Positions 48,314 to 57,993 of a stretch of 64,000 nucleotides of DNA are shown here, one piece after another. The DNA comes from Candidatus Latescibacterota bacterium (GTDB lineage Bacteria; Latescibacterota; UBA2968; GCA-2709665), in NCBI GenBank assembly GCA_965205485.1, contig OZ242180.1, positions 4,704,001 through 4,768,000 on the forward strand, in the 5' to 3' direction. A model generated the notes under the pieces. That model was not told the DNA's origin, did no database searches, and was given only the letters and a program-made list of their open reading frames with translations. The position numbers and the translations under genes are program-made. The first letter of the stretch is position 1, and each line of letters starts with the position of its first letter.

Positions 48314-49440
48314 GTCGCTTCCGCCTCGTCATCGGGGTCCAGCACCCGGCAGTCGGTGGGCGTCCAACCGATCCGGACCTCGTCTCCCACGAGCATCGCG
48401 CCGTGCCCTACGATGTTCGGAATCTTCGCGATGAAGTCCGAACGGCCGCAGACGTTCACGCGAACCCGCAGATGGTCGCCCAGAAAGGTGATGTCCTCGA
48501 TTCTTGCGTCGAGTTCGTTTGTGTACAGGCCGGGATCGGGCGAGATGGCAACCCGCTCGGGGCGGATCGAAAGCGTGGTGGCGTCACCCGGACCGCATGG
48601 CGCGACGCGCAGGGCGCTGACGGTCTGACCGCCCGTCTCGACTTCGCAGATGTCACCGTCGACGCTCCTCACGCGGCCGTGAAGACGGTTGTTCTCCCCG
48701 ATAAAGCGGGCGACGAACGAGCGTTCCGGCTCTTCGTAGAGGACCTCCGGTTCGGCAACCTGCTGGACGTCGCCTCCTCGAAGCACGGCGATCCGGTCCG
48801 ACATAACCATCGCCTCCTCCTGGTCGTGGGTCACGTACACCACGGTAACTCCCAGGCTCTTGTGGATACGCCGGATTTCGTACTGCATCTCTTCCCTCAG
48901 ACGCCTGTCCAGCGCGCCCAACGGCTCGTCCATCAGCACCAGGTCGGGCTCGAAGACCAGGGCCCGCGCGATCGCGACCCGCTGCTGCTGGCCCCCGGAA
49001 AGCTGCGACGGCTTCCGATCTTCAAGGCCGTCGAGACGGACCAGTTCCAGGGCGCGCGACACGCGTTCGCGGCATTCCTCCCCGTCCAGCCCGCGCACCT
49101 CCAGTGGAAAGGCGAGGTTGCGGCCAACCGTCATATGGGGAAAGAGCGCGTAATTCTGAAAGACCATCCCGATCCCGCGTTTGCGCGGCGGCAACTCGTG
49201 CACGGAACGACCGTTGATTCGTATCGCGCCCGAAGAGGGCGTTTCGAACCCCGCGAGCATCATGAGACACGTGGTCTTGCCCGACCCGGAGGGCCCGAGC
49301 ATCGTGAGGAATTCACCCTTCCGGACGTTGAGGTCGAGATCGTCGACGACAAGGGTGCGGCCGTCGAAGCTCTTGCTGACACCCTCGAACTCGACGTGCG
49401 CCGTCTCGTTTGCGTGCATTGGGGCGGCCTCTGGATCCAT
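48310..49440 (-). CDS. PotA-like ABC ATP-binding protein
   Basis: GPSGSGKT, VFQNYALFPH, LSGGQQQR, TOBE domain. Confidence 0.93.
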   Translation of the reverse strand: MDPEAAPMHANETAHVEFEGVSKSFDGRTLVVDDLDLNVRKGEFLTMLGPSGSGKTTCLMMLAGFETPSSGAIRINGRSVHELPPRKRGIGMVFQNYALFPHMTVGRNLAFPLEVRGLDGEECRERVSRALELVRLDGLEDRKPSQLSGGQQQRVAIARALVFEPDLVLMDEPLGALDRRLREEMQYEIRRIHKSLGVTVVYVTHDQEEAMVMSDRIAVLRGGDVQQVAEPEVLYEEPERSFVARFIGENNRLHGRVRSVDGDICEVETGGQTVSALRVAPCGPGDATTLSIRPERVAISPDPGLYTNELDARIEDITFLGDHLRVRVNVCGRSDFIAKIPNIVGHGAMLVGDEVRIGWTPTDCRVLDPDDEAEAT

Positions 49441-49491
49441 TTGCTTTCTGATTGGTGTGTTGTTGGCGCAGAATTGCCGATGCGCCGCGGC

Positions 49492-50316
49492 CTATCTCGA
49501 GGTGGAACGCCTTCGCATCCACTCAACGGCGAAGAGCAGCAGAACGGCGAAGACAATCAGAAACGTCGCCACCGCAAGGATGGTCGGGCTGATCTGCTCC
49601 CGGATGCCGGCCCACATCTGGCGCGGAATCGTACGCTGTTCGATCGCGGCCATGAATAGCACCACGACCACTTCATCGAAAGACGTGGCGAAGGCGAATA
49701 GCGCCCCCGAGATCACGCCGGGCGCGATCAGCGGGAGTTGAACGCGACGAAAGGTCCGCACGGGCCCCGCGCCGAGACTGGCGGCCGCGCGCGTCAGGTT
49801 GGTGTCGAAGGCGGACAGCGTTGCGGTCACCGTGATCACGACAAACGGGGTTCCCAGCGCCGCGTGCGCCAGAATCAGGCCCAGATGCGTCTGCGCCAGC
49901 CCCAGGTTCGAGTAGAAGAAGAACATGCCCGCCGCCGCGATGATCACCGGCGTCACCATGGGAGAAATGAGCAGTCCCATCGCAAGGCGCCGGCCGGGCA
50001 TGGCCGGGCTGGAAAGGCCCATCGCCGCGAGCGTACCCAGGCCGGTCGCCAGGACCGTGGAGGCGACCCCGATAATCAGGCTGTTGAGAAGCGCGCGCGT
50101 CCATACCTCGTTCTCGACGATCTGCCGATACCAGCGCAGCGAAAAGGCTTCGGCATCCAGACGCAGCATGCCCTCGGTAAAGGTGAAGTAGGGCTCCGCG
50201 TTGAAGCTCAGGGGTACGATCACCAGAATCGGTGCGATGAGAAACAGAAAGACCGCGGCACAGAAGCCAACGTAAAGACTACGTCCCACGCGTTCCCGCG
50301 TCCCGACGAACGCCAT
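49492..50316 (-). CDS. PotC-like ABC permease
   Basis: FSLRWY, AAASLGA, FATSFDE. Confidence 0.9.
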   Translation of the reverse strand: MAFVGTRERVGRSLYVGFCAAVFLFLIAPILVIVPLSFNAEPYFTFTEGMLRLDAEAFSLRWYRQIVENEVWTRALLNSLIIGVASTVLATGLGTLAAMGLSSPAMPGRRLAMGLLISPMVTPVIIAAAGMFFFYSNLGLAQTHLGLILAHAALGTPFVVITVTATLSAFDTNLTRAAASLGAGPVRTFRRVQLPLIAPGVISGALFAFATSFDEVVVVLFMAAIEQRTIPRQMWAGIREQISPTILAVATFLIVFAVLLLFAVEWMRRRSTSR

Positions 50317-50317
50317 C

Positions 50318-51532
50318 TCAGCCCAACCTCATCCGCTCGATTCCCACCATGCGGTCGTAGAGCACATACAGCGCGCCTACGCATGCCAGCAGGATGCCGC
50401 CCAGCGCCGCGGCGAGACCCCAGTTGAGCGAAGTCTGCATATGGAAGGCAATCATGTTTGATATGAGCTGGCCGCTGCTTCCACCAACAAGCGCGGGGGT
50501 AATATAGTAACCGATCGCGAGGATGAATACCAGGAGGGATCCCGCGCTTACGCCCGGAAGGGTCTGCGGCCAGTACACGCGCAAGAAAGCCTGAAAGGGA
50601 CTTGCGCCAAGGGAGGCCGCGGCACTCATCTGAATGGGCGGGATGGCGCGCATGATCGAATAAAGCGGGAGAATCATGAACGGAAGCAGCACGTGCGTCA
50701 TCGCCACCAGAGTTCCGGTCATGTTGTAGATCATTGCCAGACGCCCGTCATCGCCGATCAGACCCGCAGCCACGAGCAGGTCGTTGAGAACGCCCTGCGT
50801 CTGCAGCAGCACGATCCAGGAGGTGGTTCGCACCAGCAGCGACGTCCAGAACGGGATCAGTACGAGAATCAGCAGCAGATTGCCGACACGCGGGGGTGTA
50901 TGCGCGATCAGGTGAGCAATCGGATAGCCAAGCAGCAGACAAAGCGCCGTGATGGTCAGGCTCACCCAGAGGGTCCGCCACAGCAACGGGAGGTAGATGC
51001 GGCGTTCTTCGGGCTGGCGGGCGATGGCGCCGCCAGGCAGGCTCTGAAGGTCGACGGCGTTCAGATAGTGACGTGAGGTGTATCGCTCCCCGGCGCTTCG
51101 GATTGCGTGCCAGGTTCGGGCATCGCCCCAGTCGGAGTCGATGCCGATCATCGCGTCTCGCCATGGTCCGCTGTCCACGCGCCGGAGCCGCCGCGCGCTC
51201 TTCGTCAACACGCTTCGCAGCCCGCCCTGGACCCGGTTCACGCGGCTGGCAATCTGCCCGAGGGTCCGACTCTCGCGTGCCTTCACGAGTTCGCGGGCGG
51301 CGGATGCGTAGACCGCCTCCGAGGGAGCGCCCCTGCCGTCCCAGTAGCTCAGCAGTTCGAGTGTACGCGGCATCGCGTCGGCGACCACGGGATCGTAAAC
51401 GCTTCGCACGAGCATGGTCCCTAGCGGGGCCGCAAAGGTGAAGCCGACAAAGGCCATCAGCGGCAGCACCAGCCCCGCCGCACGCAGCTTCGGACGGAGA
51501 TTCGGATTACTGATATTCAGGTTTGATCCCAT
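50318..51532 (-). CDS. PotB-like ABC permease (start uncertain)
   Basis: PFWTSLLVR, LPFMILPLY, GYYITPALVGG. Confidence 0.88.
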   Translation of the reverse strand: MGSNLNISNPNLRPKLRAAGLVLPLMAFVGFTFAAPLGTMLVRSVYDPVVADAMPRTLELLSYWDGRGAPSEAVYASAARELVKARESRTLGQIASRVNRVQGGLRSVLTKSARRLRRVDSGPWRDAMIGIDSDWGDARTWHAIRSAGERYTSRHYLNAVDLQSLPGGAIARQPEERRIYLPLLWRTLWVSLTITALCLLLGYPIAHLIAHTPPRVGNLLLILVLIPFWTSLLVRTTSWIVLLQTQGVLNDLLVAAGLIGDDGRLAMIYNMTGTLVAMTHVLLPFMILPLYSIMRAIPPIQMSAAASLGASPFQAFLRVYWPQTLPGVSAGSLLVFILAIGYYITPALVGGSSGQLISNMIAFHMQTSLNWGLAAALGGILLACVGALYVLYDRMVGIERMRLG

Positions 51533-51645
51533 ACAGAAGATGCATATTTTCAACTTCTTACGTTCTACCAACACTCGAGGATACTTCTGTCTGAATCTGT
51601 CGTCGCCTGGAGCGAAACCCGCCATTGACGACGGAGCGCCGCTTA

Positions 51646-51753
51646 CCTTGATTCGTCATTTTTCCAGGACGTTAATTCGAATATGTGTCAGTTAAAAAGG
51701 CGATTAGACTGCTGATTACCAAGATACACCAGGACACTGTACGTGAACTGAAA
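51646..51753 (+). repeat. Dispersed ~110-bp repeat, copy 2
   Basis: CCTTGATTCGTC...GGACGTTAATTCGAATATGTG...GATTACCAAGATACACCAGG...ACGTGAAC. Confidence 0.8.
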
Positions 51754-51836
51754 AAATGTCCTTCATGACGACCATTTCGGCCTGTTTCGAAGGGTTTCGT
51801 CACGTTGCCGAGTTACGGCCTTTTTCGGAATAGAGG

Positions 51837-52412
51837 CTAACGATTGAACGTGGGGCAGTCGGTGAGCGTGGGCGCACAACCATCGGGAACCGGGACCTGA
51901 AACGCATTCAGGGTCTGTGCGACCAGACTGTAATAGCCCGCGATCCCGGTCAATTCCACGACTCCGGTCTTACCCACGGCTTCCTGAGCCGCGTTGAAGA
52001 CGTCGTCCGTAACGAACCGATTGTCGAGCAATTCGCTGACGTATTCGAAAACGGCGCGCTCGTCGTCGCGGCCGAAATCGGGCGCCCGACGGTGACGAAC
52101 CGCGTCGATAATCCTCTCGCTCAACCCGCTTTCCACGGCGAAGGGCTCGTGCAGAGACCACTCCACCTGGCAATCCCAGAATCGCGCCGTAACGAGGATC
52201 GCGAGCTCGCTGAGTCTCGACTCCAGGCTGGTGCGGTACCGGACGAATTCGCCCAGGCTCTGCGCGCGGTCCGCTAACTCCGGGCTGTGGAGCCAGATGC
52301 CGAACGGCCCGGCGATGCTGCCCCGGGTCTCAACGATGGCATCGTAAATCCGCGCCTGCTCCTCGTTCAGTTCATCGCGTTTTAACTGGCTTGGTCTGGC
52401 CACAAGTGACAT
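51837..52412 (-). CDS. Carboxymuconolactone decarboxylase / AhpD family protein
   Basis: GPFGIWLHSP, ELAILVTAR, EWSLH, GYYS. Confidence 0.85.
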   Translation of the reverse strand: MSLVARPSQLKRDELNEEQARIYDAIVETRGSIAGPFGIWLHSPELADRAQSLGEFVRYRTSLESRLSELAILVTARFWDCQVEWSLHEPFAVESGLSERIIDAVRHRRAPDFGRDDERAVFEYVSELLDNRFVTDDVFNAAQEAVGKTGVVELTGIAGYYSLVAQTLNAFQVPVPDGCAPTLTDCPTFNR

Positions 52413-52512
52413 CCCCGGCAGAGTCGTGACAAAAGCCGTTCTGTGCACGAATTCGTCTGACCCATCAAACCCCGTTACTTCGTGTGACTGGACGCCACGA
52501 ATGGTCGGACTA

Positions 52513-52821
52513 TCATTCGGTATGCGGTATCCTACTCGTCGCGGGCTCTGTCTCAGGATTCATCCAGGCTGGAAGAGGGCTGCCTGTCGCCTCCGCATAC
52601 AGGGTCTCCGGTGCGATGTCTATCTCGTCGCCCCACGTCAGTGCCCCGAGATCCTTGTTAATTTTGAAGTTATGGAAAAACTCGAGATCCCGAAACTGCG
52701 AGAATACACCTTGCCTTTCCATGTATTTCGAGAAGTCGACGGTGCCTCGCCGGCCGTCATCGAACTCCAGCTCTATCAGATAACCACCCCGATAAATGGC
52801 AGAAACGACGTCATGAAGCAT
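52513..52821 (-). CDS. DUF2442 domain protein (antitoxin-like)
   Basis: LEFDDG, GVFSQFRD, LTWGDEIDIAPETLY. Confidence 0.88.
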   Translation of the reverse strand: MLHDVVSAIYRGGYLIELEFDDGRRGTVDFSKYMERQGVFSQFRDLEFFHNFKINKDLGALTWGDEIDIAPETLYAEATGSPLPAWMNPETEPATSRIPHTE

Positions 52822-52834
52822 ACGGCGCTCCTTT

Positions 52835-53095
52835 CTACAGCAGCGGTTGTATCTTCTTCGGAGGTCGGTCGTTACGTGTGTCTTCCCAGTTGTTCATCAA
52901 TTCCGGTTGATGCTGAGACGCCCATTCAACGACCAAACCAAGCACCCGGGGAGGCAGCTTTCCCTCCAGAATCCGCAAAGTTGGAATCTCAATGGCCGCT
53001 CGATCTCAACCGTAACGCGCATGGAAATGCGACGGGTTGTGATCATCGTAATACATCGAGATGATTATACCGTAGAAACGGGAAATCTCAGGCAT
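52835..53095 (-). pseudogene. DUF4160 toxin-like gene with an internal TGA
   Basis: MPEISRFYGIIISMYYDDHNPSHFHARYG*DRAAIEI...LVVEWA...KIQPLL; stop at 53006-53008. Confidence 0.85.
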
Positions 53096-53177
53096 TTCAA
53101 TTCCGATTTGTCATCATAATGGTCTCAATTGTCCCGCTGGTCAGAACCTCATCAAGGCGTCTGAACGAATCTAAAAC

Positions 53178-53403
53178 TCACTGACTTGCCAATTCGACGG
53201 TCGACGTTGCCGGGGGCAGAGGCTTCCCGTCCTTCTGATATATCTCAACCGCCTCCTCTACAATCTGGCATAGATGATCAAAAACGGCCCTTTCATCGTC
53301 GCCGTGGCAGCCACCGTAAACCAGTCCCGGGCGCGCTGCCCCAATAGCATTGATCTTCTTCGGACCATTCAACAAATCTTGTGTGCCTGGCGCTGGGTTT
53401 CAT
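53178..53403 (-). pseudogene. HicB-like antitoxin, frameshifted
   Basis: MKPSARHTRFVEWSEEDQCYWGSAPG, frameshift near 53325, then LVYGGCHGDDE...GKPLPPAT. Confidence 0.75.
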
Positions 53404-53425
53404 TTGGCTTCAATATCCTCTTGAA

Positions 53426-53659
53426 TTAAGAAACTATCTGAACATATGGTGTTACCTCAAGGTAAACCGACTCCGCGGTTGGTTCCGGTATCGGACAACG
53501 CTCTTGTTTCAATCCATCAAGGTGAAATTCAATGGCCTCCTTCATGTTCGCTTCCACTTCCTGCCGCGTGGAGCCGGTAGACACGCATCCGGGAAGGTCT
53601 GGAGAATACGCCGACAATCCGGTATCCGTTAATTCGATGACGATTAAGTACCTATTCAC
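53426..53659 (-). CDS. hicB: HicB family antitoxin
   Basis: AYSPDLPGCVSTGST..E...NMKEAIEFHL...PIPEP. Confidence 0.9.
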   Translation of the reverse strand: MNRYLIVIELTDTGLSAYSPDLPGCVSTGSTRQEVEANMKEAIEFHLDGLKQERCPIPEPTAESVYLEVTPYVQIVS

Positions 53660-54208
53660 ATCGTTCCTGTTTAATTTTGCGGTGGCGATCCCGCGAGCGA
53701 GGGCATCCTGCCCTCGACGGTTAATTCGCGCGGCTCCGGCGCCGTCAATTTCAATGTGATATCGGATACAAAGGAAACAGTAGGCCCTTGATTCAGGTAT
53801 TGATCGGTCACACGAAGTCCGAGGGCAGGATGCCCTCGCTCCGGATATTGGTGGATCATACCGTGAATGAGGTCAGATCGCTTTCGGTCCCAGGTCGCTC
53901 GTGTCCCGTGTAGCGACTACAGGGATTCTTGAGGTCCTGCGGCGACTCGCGCGAATGTAGACTGGTTGTCTTTTTCGACAGCGATTTTACAGGGATCTCC
54001 GGATAATTCGCCGGGGTTGAATATACTGGAATAAAGACATATAATAACGATAGATGGCCTCGAACAACCCCCACAACAATCCGAAACGACCCCGTAATCA
54101 ACTTCAACGTCCTTTGATTCGAATCACATCCCGCTACCCAATCAGAACAGCACTGCTGGTCAGCGGTTTCTATATTGAAAACAAGCGAAAGACAAGGAGA
54201 AAATCGAC

Positions 54209-54742
54209 ATGGCAATTCTTCTGGCACTTTTTTCAATCGTTCAAACGGCCGAGGCAAGTTCCAAAATGCAGCGGTTTCAATTGTATACTCGATGTCTCGG
54301 AGTACATCTCGTGGTTGAGGAACTACCGGACAATGCGGAGCGGATTAATCTTACAAGGGAACAAATAATAAAAGTTGCAATGGACAAACTGCAGAAGGCT
54401 CAATTGTATGTACCCAGGAAATTTGTCGTGGGCGCGCCGGACGAGATTCATCCCATCTTATACGTAAATGTCAACCTGAGCCGGACCGCTTTCAGTATTG
54501 GAATCGAACTACGAAAGGTTGTGTTGGACAACTACTCCAAACGGGAAGAGTATGCCGTTACCTGGCGAATTGGTACCGTGGGGGTACACGGATTTCGAAA
54601 TCAATTCATTTTGCGAATGGTCGATAAGTACACAGGCGTATTCATTGAAGAATGGACCAGGGTCAATAGGCCCAAATGTGCTGAAGACGATATGATCAAA
54701 CCAGAACAAGGGCCGATACAACCGCCTGTCAGGATCAAATAA
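54209..54742 (+). CDS. Hypothetical secreted protein
   Basis: AAGGAG RBS, signal-like N-terminus, 177 aa. Confidence 0.7.
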   Translation: MAILLALFSIVQTAEASSKMQRFQLYTRCLGVHLVVEELPDNAERINLTREQIIKVAMDKLQKAQLYVPRKFVVGAPDEIHPILYVNVNLSRTAFSIGIELRKVVLDNYSKREEYAVTWRIGTVGVHGFRNQFILRMVDKYTGVFIEEWTRVNRPKCAEDDMIKPEQGPIQPPVRIK

Positions 54743-54780
54743 TCGACTGATCAGTTCATCATCTGCACTAAGTATCCCTG

Positions 54781-55854
54781 TTACACCCGATGCGCTTCGA
54801 CGAAGTCCTGGTTCAGCGTGAGGCCGAGGCCGGGTACGTCGCTCATGTGGATCAATCCGTCTACGATCTGAAAAGGCGGATCGTAGAGTTGCGACCAGAT
54901 CTGGTACGGCTCGGTGTGCGGGCAGGCGGAAACCATCAGCCCGTTGGGCACGGCGGCGATCAGGTGGCAGTTGATCTCCGGAAACGAGGCCCCGTGGGGC
55001 GCAACGTAGACGTGGTGCGCCTCGGCCAACGCCGCCATCCGCAGGAGTCCGGTAAACCCGCCGCCGCCGATGATATCCGACTGGACCACCTGCAGGCCGC
55101 CGTCGACGATCAGGTGACGAATGCCGTACAGCGTGCCCTCGCCCTCGCCGCCGGCAACCAGCGACCCCGTGGCCTCACGCACCATCCGCATATGGGCTGC
55201 CTCGTCGTCGCCGCGCACGGGTTCCTCAATCCAGTATAGATTGTAAGGCTCGAACCGCCGCGCCATCGCCGCCGCCGTCTTCCCCTCCCACATCCTGTGG
55301 ATGTCGATCATCAACCTTGTGTCGTCCCCGAGCGCCCGGCGCGACAGCCTGACCTTTTCAAACGCGAGTTCCCGATCATCGTTCGACAGATGGAACTTCA
55401 CGGCCTTGAATCCCAGGTCCGCGTGTTTCCTGACCAGGGCGGCCACCTCTTCAGCGTTCTGGTGTTCGTAGCCGATTCCGTCCGCGTACGCGGTCACACG
55501 GTCCCGAAAGCCGCCCAGCAGCCGCCAGACCGGCTCGCCGCACGCCCTCCCGTACAGATCCCAGATCGCCACGTCCAGAGCGCCGATCGTGCCCATCGCA
55601 GCCCGGCCCGGGCCCCGAAAGCGCCACGCGAGATCGTACATCCGCTGCCAGAGCCGGGCCGGCCGGCGCGGGTCTTCGCCCACGAGCACGGGCGCGAATT
55701 CCCGCTCGATCAGGTCGGCGCTTCCACCCCTCCCAATGCCCACGAGCCCGTTATCGGCCCGGACAAGATGAAGGGGCCAGGTCCGCTTGACTCCCCGATC
55801 GGACGGCCCCCAGAAACAGGAAAGCGAAATCGTCTCAATGGATTCGATATGCAT
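54781..55854 (-). CDS. Mandelate racemase / muconate lactonizing enzyme family
   Basis: ALDVAIWDL, LLGG, LMID, WIEEP, AGGE, PGLG. Confidence 0.9.
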   Translation of the reverse strand: MHIESIETISLSCFWGPSDRGVKRTWPLHLVRADNGLVGIGRGGSADLIEREFAPVLVGEDPRRPARLWQRMYDLAWRFRGPGRAAMGTIGALDVAIWDLYGRACGEPVWRLLGGFRDRVTAYADGIGYEHQNAEEVAALVRKHADLGFKAVKFHLSNDDRELAFEKVRLSRRALGDDTRLMIDIHRMWEGKTAAAMARRFEPYNLYWIEEPVRGDDEAAHMRMVREATGSLVAGGEGEGTLYGIRHLIVDGGLQVVQSDIIGGGGFTGLLRMAALAEAHHVYVAPHGASFPEINCHLIAAVPNGLMVSACPHTEPYQIWSQLYDPPFQIVDGLIHMSDVPGLGLTLNQDFVEAHRV

Positions 55855-55871
55855 GACTTCGGCTCCATTCT

Positions 55872-56297
55872 TCAGGAAGCAATACGTTTACGAAGGACCA
55901 CCCTGGTTCCGGCCGCACAGAACTGGTGCTGGACGTCATCCACCATGGCGCGCATCATCAGCAGGCCGCGGCCGGACGGATTCAACAGGTTTTCCTCGGC
56001 AAGGGGATCCGGTACCTCCGCCGGGTCGAAACCCGGACCCTGATCCAGGACGGCGATATGCAACATCCCGTCCACCACCGTGAATTCGACCGTGAACGGT
56101 TTTTCCCGCACGCCTTCATTTCCATGGAAGATGGCATTGTTCACGGCTTCCGTAAGCGCGATGGCCACCTCGTCGCAGGCATCCTCGCTCATCGCCAGAT
56201 CGGCGGTCACCTGTGCCGCTGTGTCCACAACCTTATGAAGAGACTCAACGCAACTGGGCAGTTGCAGACGCTTGACATCTCGAGATCCATTACCCAT
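55872..56297 (-). CDS. RsbW-like anti-sigma factor (HATPase_c)
   Basis: EAVNNAIFHGN, DQGPGFD, SGRGL. Confidence 0.9.
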   Translation of the reverse strand: MGNGSRDVKRLQLPSCVESLHKVVDTAAQVTADLAMSEDACDEVAIALTEAVNNAIFHGNEGVREKPFTVEFTVVDGMLHIAVLDQGPGFDPAEVPDPLAEENLLNPSGRGLLMMRAMVDDVQHQFCAAGTRVVLRKRIAS

Positions 56298-56417
56298 AGG
56301 CGCGTTCCCTCGTTACGTCCGGAGCCGCCGCTGACTGCCATCCGGACAGGCACGCATTCTCCGACGCGTGAAACCGGAAGCTCGAGGCGCCGGCGCGGAC
56401 GATCCGGGTGATTCTCC

Positions 56418-56446
56418 TTGACAATCCCGCTGCATGACGTTATCAA
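56418..56446 (+). promoter_or_regulatory. Possible sigma70 promoter toward the Rid gene
   Basis: TTGACA-N17-TATCAA. Confidence 0.45.
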
Positions 56447-56471
56447 AGACGGCCACAAAAAACCTGAATGC

Positions 56472-56598
56472 GGGGAGAGGGGAGAGGGAAGACGGTAGAA
56501 GAAGCCCTTGCCCGATACTTTATTCCTTCTTGCCTCCGGCAGGAGAAGAGACTCCACAAGGCAGGATATCTCTCCCGTCTACCGTCTCCCGTCTACCC
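56472..56598. repeat. Inverted arrays of heptamer repeats
   Basis: GGGGAGA GGGGAGA GGGAAGA CGGTAGA facing TCTCCCG TCTACCG TCTCCCG TCTACCC. Confidence 0.6.
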
Positions 56599-56630
56599 GC
56601 TTCCGACGGGATGGGAGGAGAGGTCACAAA

Positions 56631-56729
56631 CACGTCCAGTGACCTGGTTTATCCTGGTAATCCGCCTTCTCATCGCCTCTTTTAACTAGCACGTATTCGA
56701 ATTAACGTCCATGAAAACTTACTAATCAT
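56631..56729 (-). repeat. Dispersed ~110-bp repeat, copy 3
   Basis: Aligns with copies 1 and 2. Confidence 0.78.
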
Positions 56730-56753
56730 TGTTAAGAATGGAGAAATCGCGTC

Positions 56754-57137
56754 ATGCAGAAAGAGGTGATTACCACCGATAGAGCCGCGCTTCCAGTGGG
56801 TCCCTATTCGCAGGCCATCAAAACGGGCGAACTGATCTTCGTCGCGGGCGAAAAGGGAATCGACCCCGCAACCGGCGCAATTGTCAGCGGCGGCATTGCC
56901 GCGGAAACCCGGCAGACGCTGGAAAACATCTCGGCGATCCTGGAGGCCGCGGGCGCCACGATGGACCACGCGGTCCGGACGGTGGTCTATATGACGGACA
57001 TATCCGAATTTGCCGAAATGAACGCCGTCTACGCGGAATATTTCCCGAACGACCCTCCCGGACGAAGCTGCGTGCAGGTGGTTGCCCTCCCTGCCGGAGC
57101 CAACGTTGAAATTGAAGTCACGGCGGTTCTGGCCTGA
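56754..57137 (+). CDS. RidA/YjgF family enamine deaminase
   Basis: GPYSQAI, FAEMNAVYAEYF, PGRSCVQV, VEIE. Confidence 0.92.
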   Translation: MQKEVITTDRAALPVGPYSQAIKTGELIFVAGEKGIDPATGAIVSGGIAAETRQTLENISAILEAAGATMDHAVRTVVYMTDISEFAEMNAVYAEYFPNDPPGRSCVQVVALPAGANVEIEVTAVLA

Positions 57138-57151
57138 CGATCGATTCGAAG

Positions 57152-57949
57152 TTAGAGACCGGAGAGAATTCCCTCGACGTATCCGCGTGTAAACGCAATG
57201 TCCCGGTCCACCTCGTCCGGCTCCTTGCCACCCACGCATTCGACGTAGAGCGGTCCGTCGAATCCGCCGCCGGCCAGTCCCGACAACACCGCATGGAAAT
57301 CCACAAGCCCGTCGCCCGGCGTCACCATCACATCCGGCACATCGTCAATTACCGTGCAATCCTTGATGATCCCCGTAGTTACCACGGGCGCCACTTCCGA
57401 GACGTCGGTCTCCGGCCGCAGCTCACCCTTCGTATAGTAGATGATGTTTCCCGGATCGAAACAGATGCCGAACGCCGCGTGGCTCACGTTGTTATTGGCC
57501 GCAAGCAGGTGGGACACCGTGAGACTGATGCCCCCGTGGGGCTTCATCGTGATGTTCACGCCGACCTCGTGCGCATGGGGCGCGGACTGCCGCATCAGCT
57601 CGAAATAGTCATCGAAGTGGGCTTCGTTGCTGGTGCCGCAATCCAGGAGCCAGGTCGTGCCAAGCGCAGCCGCATTGTCGATCAGCCGCTTGTAGGCGTC
57701 CACCGCCGACGCAAGCCCGTCGCCCAACTGCGTGCCTCCGATGAGCATCGAAGGAGCAACACCCGCGGCATCCGCCGCGTTCCGCACCGCGGCGACCTCC
57801 GCCGGGGAACTCCCGGGACCCACAGGCACCCGGCCTTCGTTTGCAAAAACCGCCACGTCCGAGTAACCGGCTTCCGCGATCCGACTGTAGGCTTCGCTGT
57901 AACTCAGTTGGCCGTAGGGCCGGGTCGTACATCCAACCGTCGTCTCCAT
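57152..57949 (-). CDS. Sugar phosphate isomerase/epimerase family (TIM barrel)
   Basis: KPHGG, FDPGN, IKD, PGDGLVDF, FDGPLYVE. Confidence 0.8.
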   Translation of the reverse strand: METTVGCTTRPYGQLSYSEAYSRIAEAGYSDVAVFANEGRVPVGPGSSPAEVAAVRNAADAAGVAPSMLIGGTQLGDGLASAVDAYKRLIDNAAALGTTWLLDCGTSNEAHFDDYFELMRQSAPHAHEVGVNITMKPHGGISLTVSHLLAANNNVSHAAFGICFDPGNIIYYTKGELRPETDVSEVAPVVTTGIIKDCTVIDDVPDVMVTPGDGLVDFHAVLSGLAGGGFDGPLYVECVGGKEPDEVDRDIAFTRGYVEGILSGL

Positions 57950-57993
57950 CCTGGACGCTCCTTTGTTGATTCGCTCGAATCACGACAGGTGCA

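Noticed and set aside
53006..53008. In-frame TGA as selenocysteine or recoding
   Set aside because: Not a Cys-equivalent position, no evident SECIS, and TGA is a normal stop throughout the window
53671..54257. Short ORFs as hicA or another toxin
   Set aside because: No HicA-like motifs; probably decayed sequence
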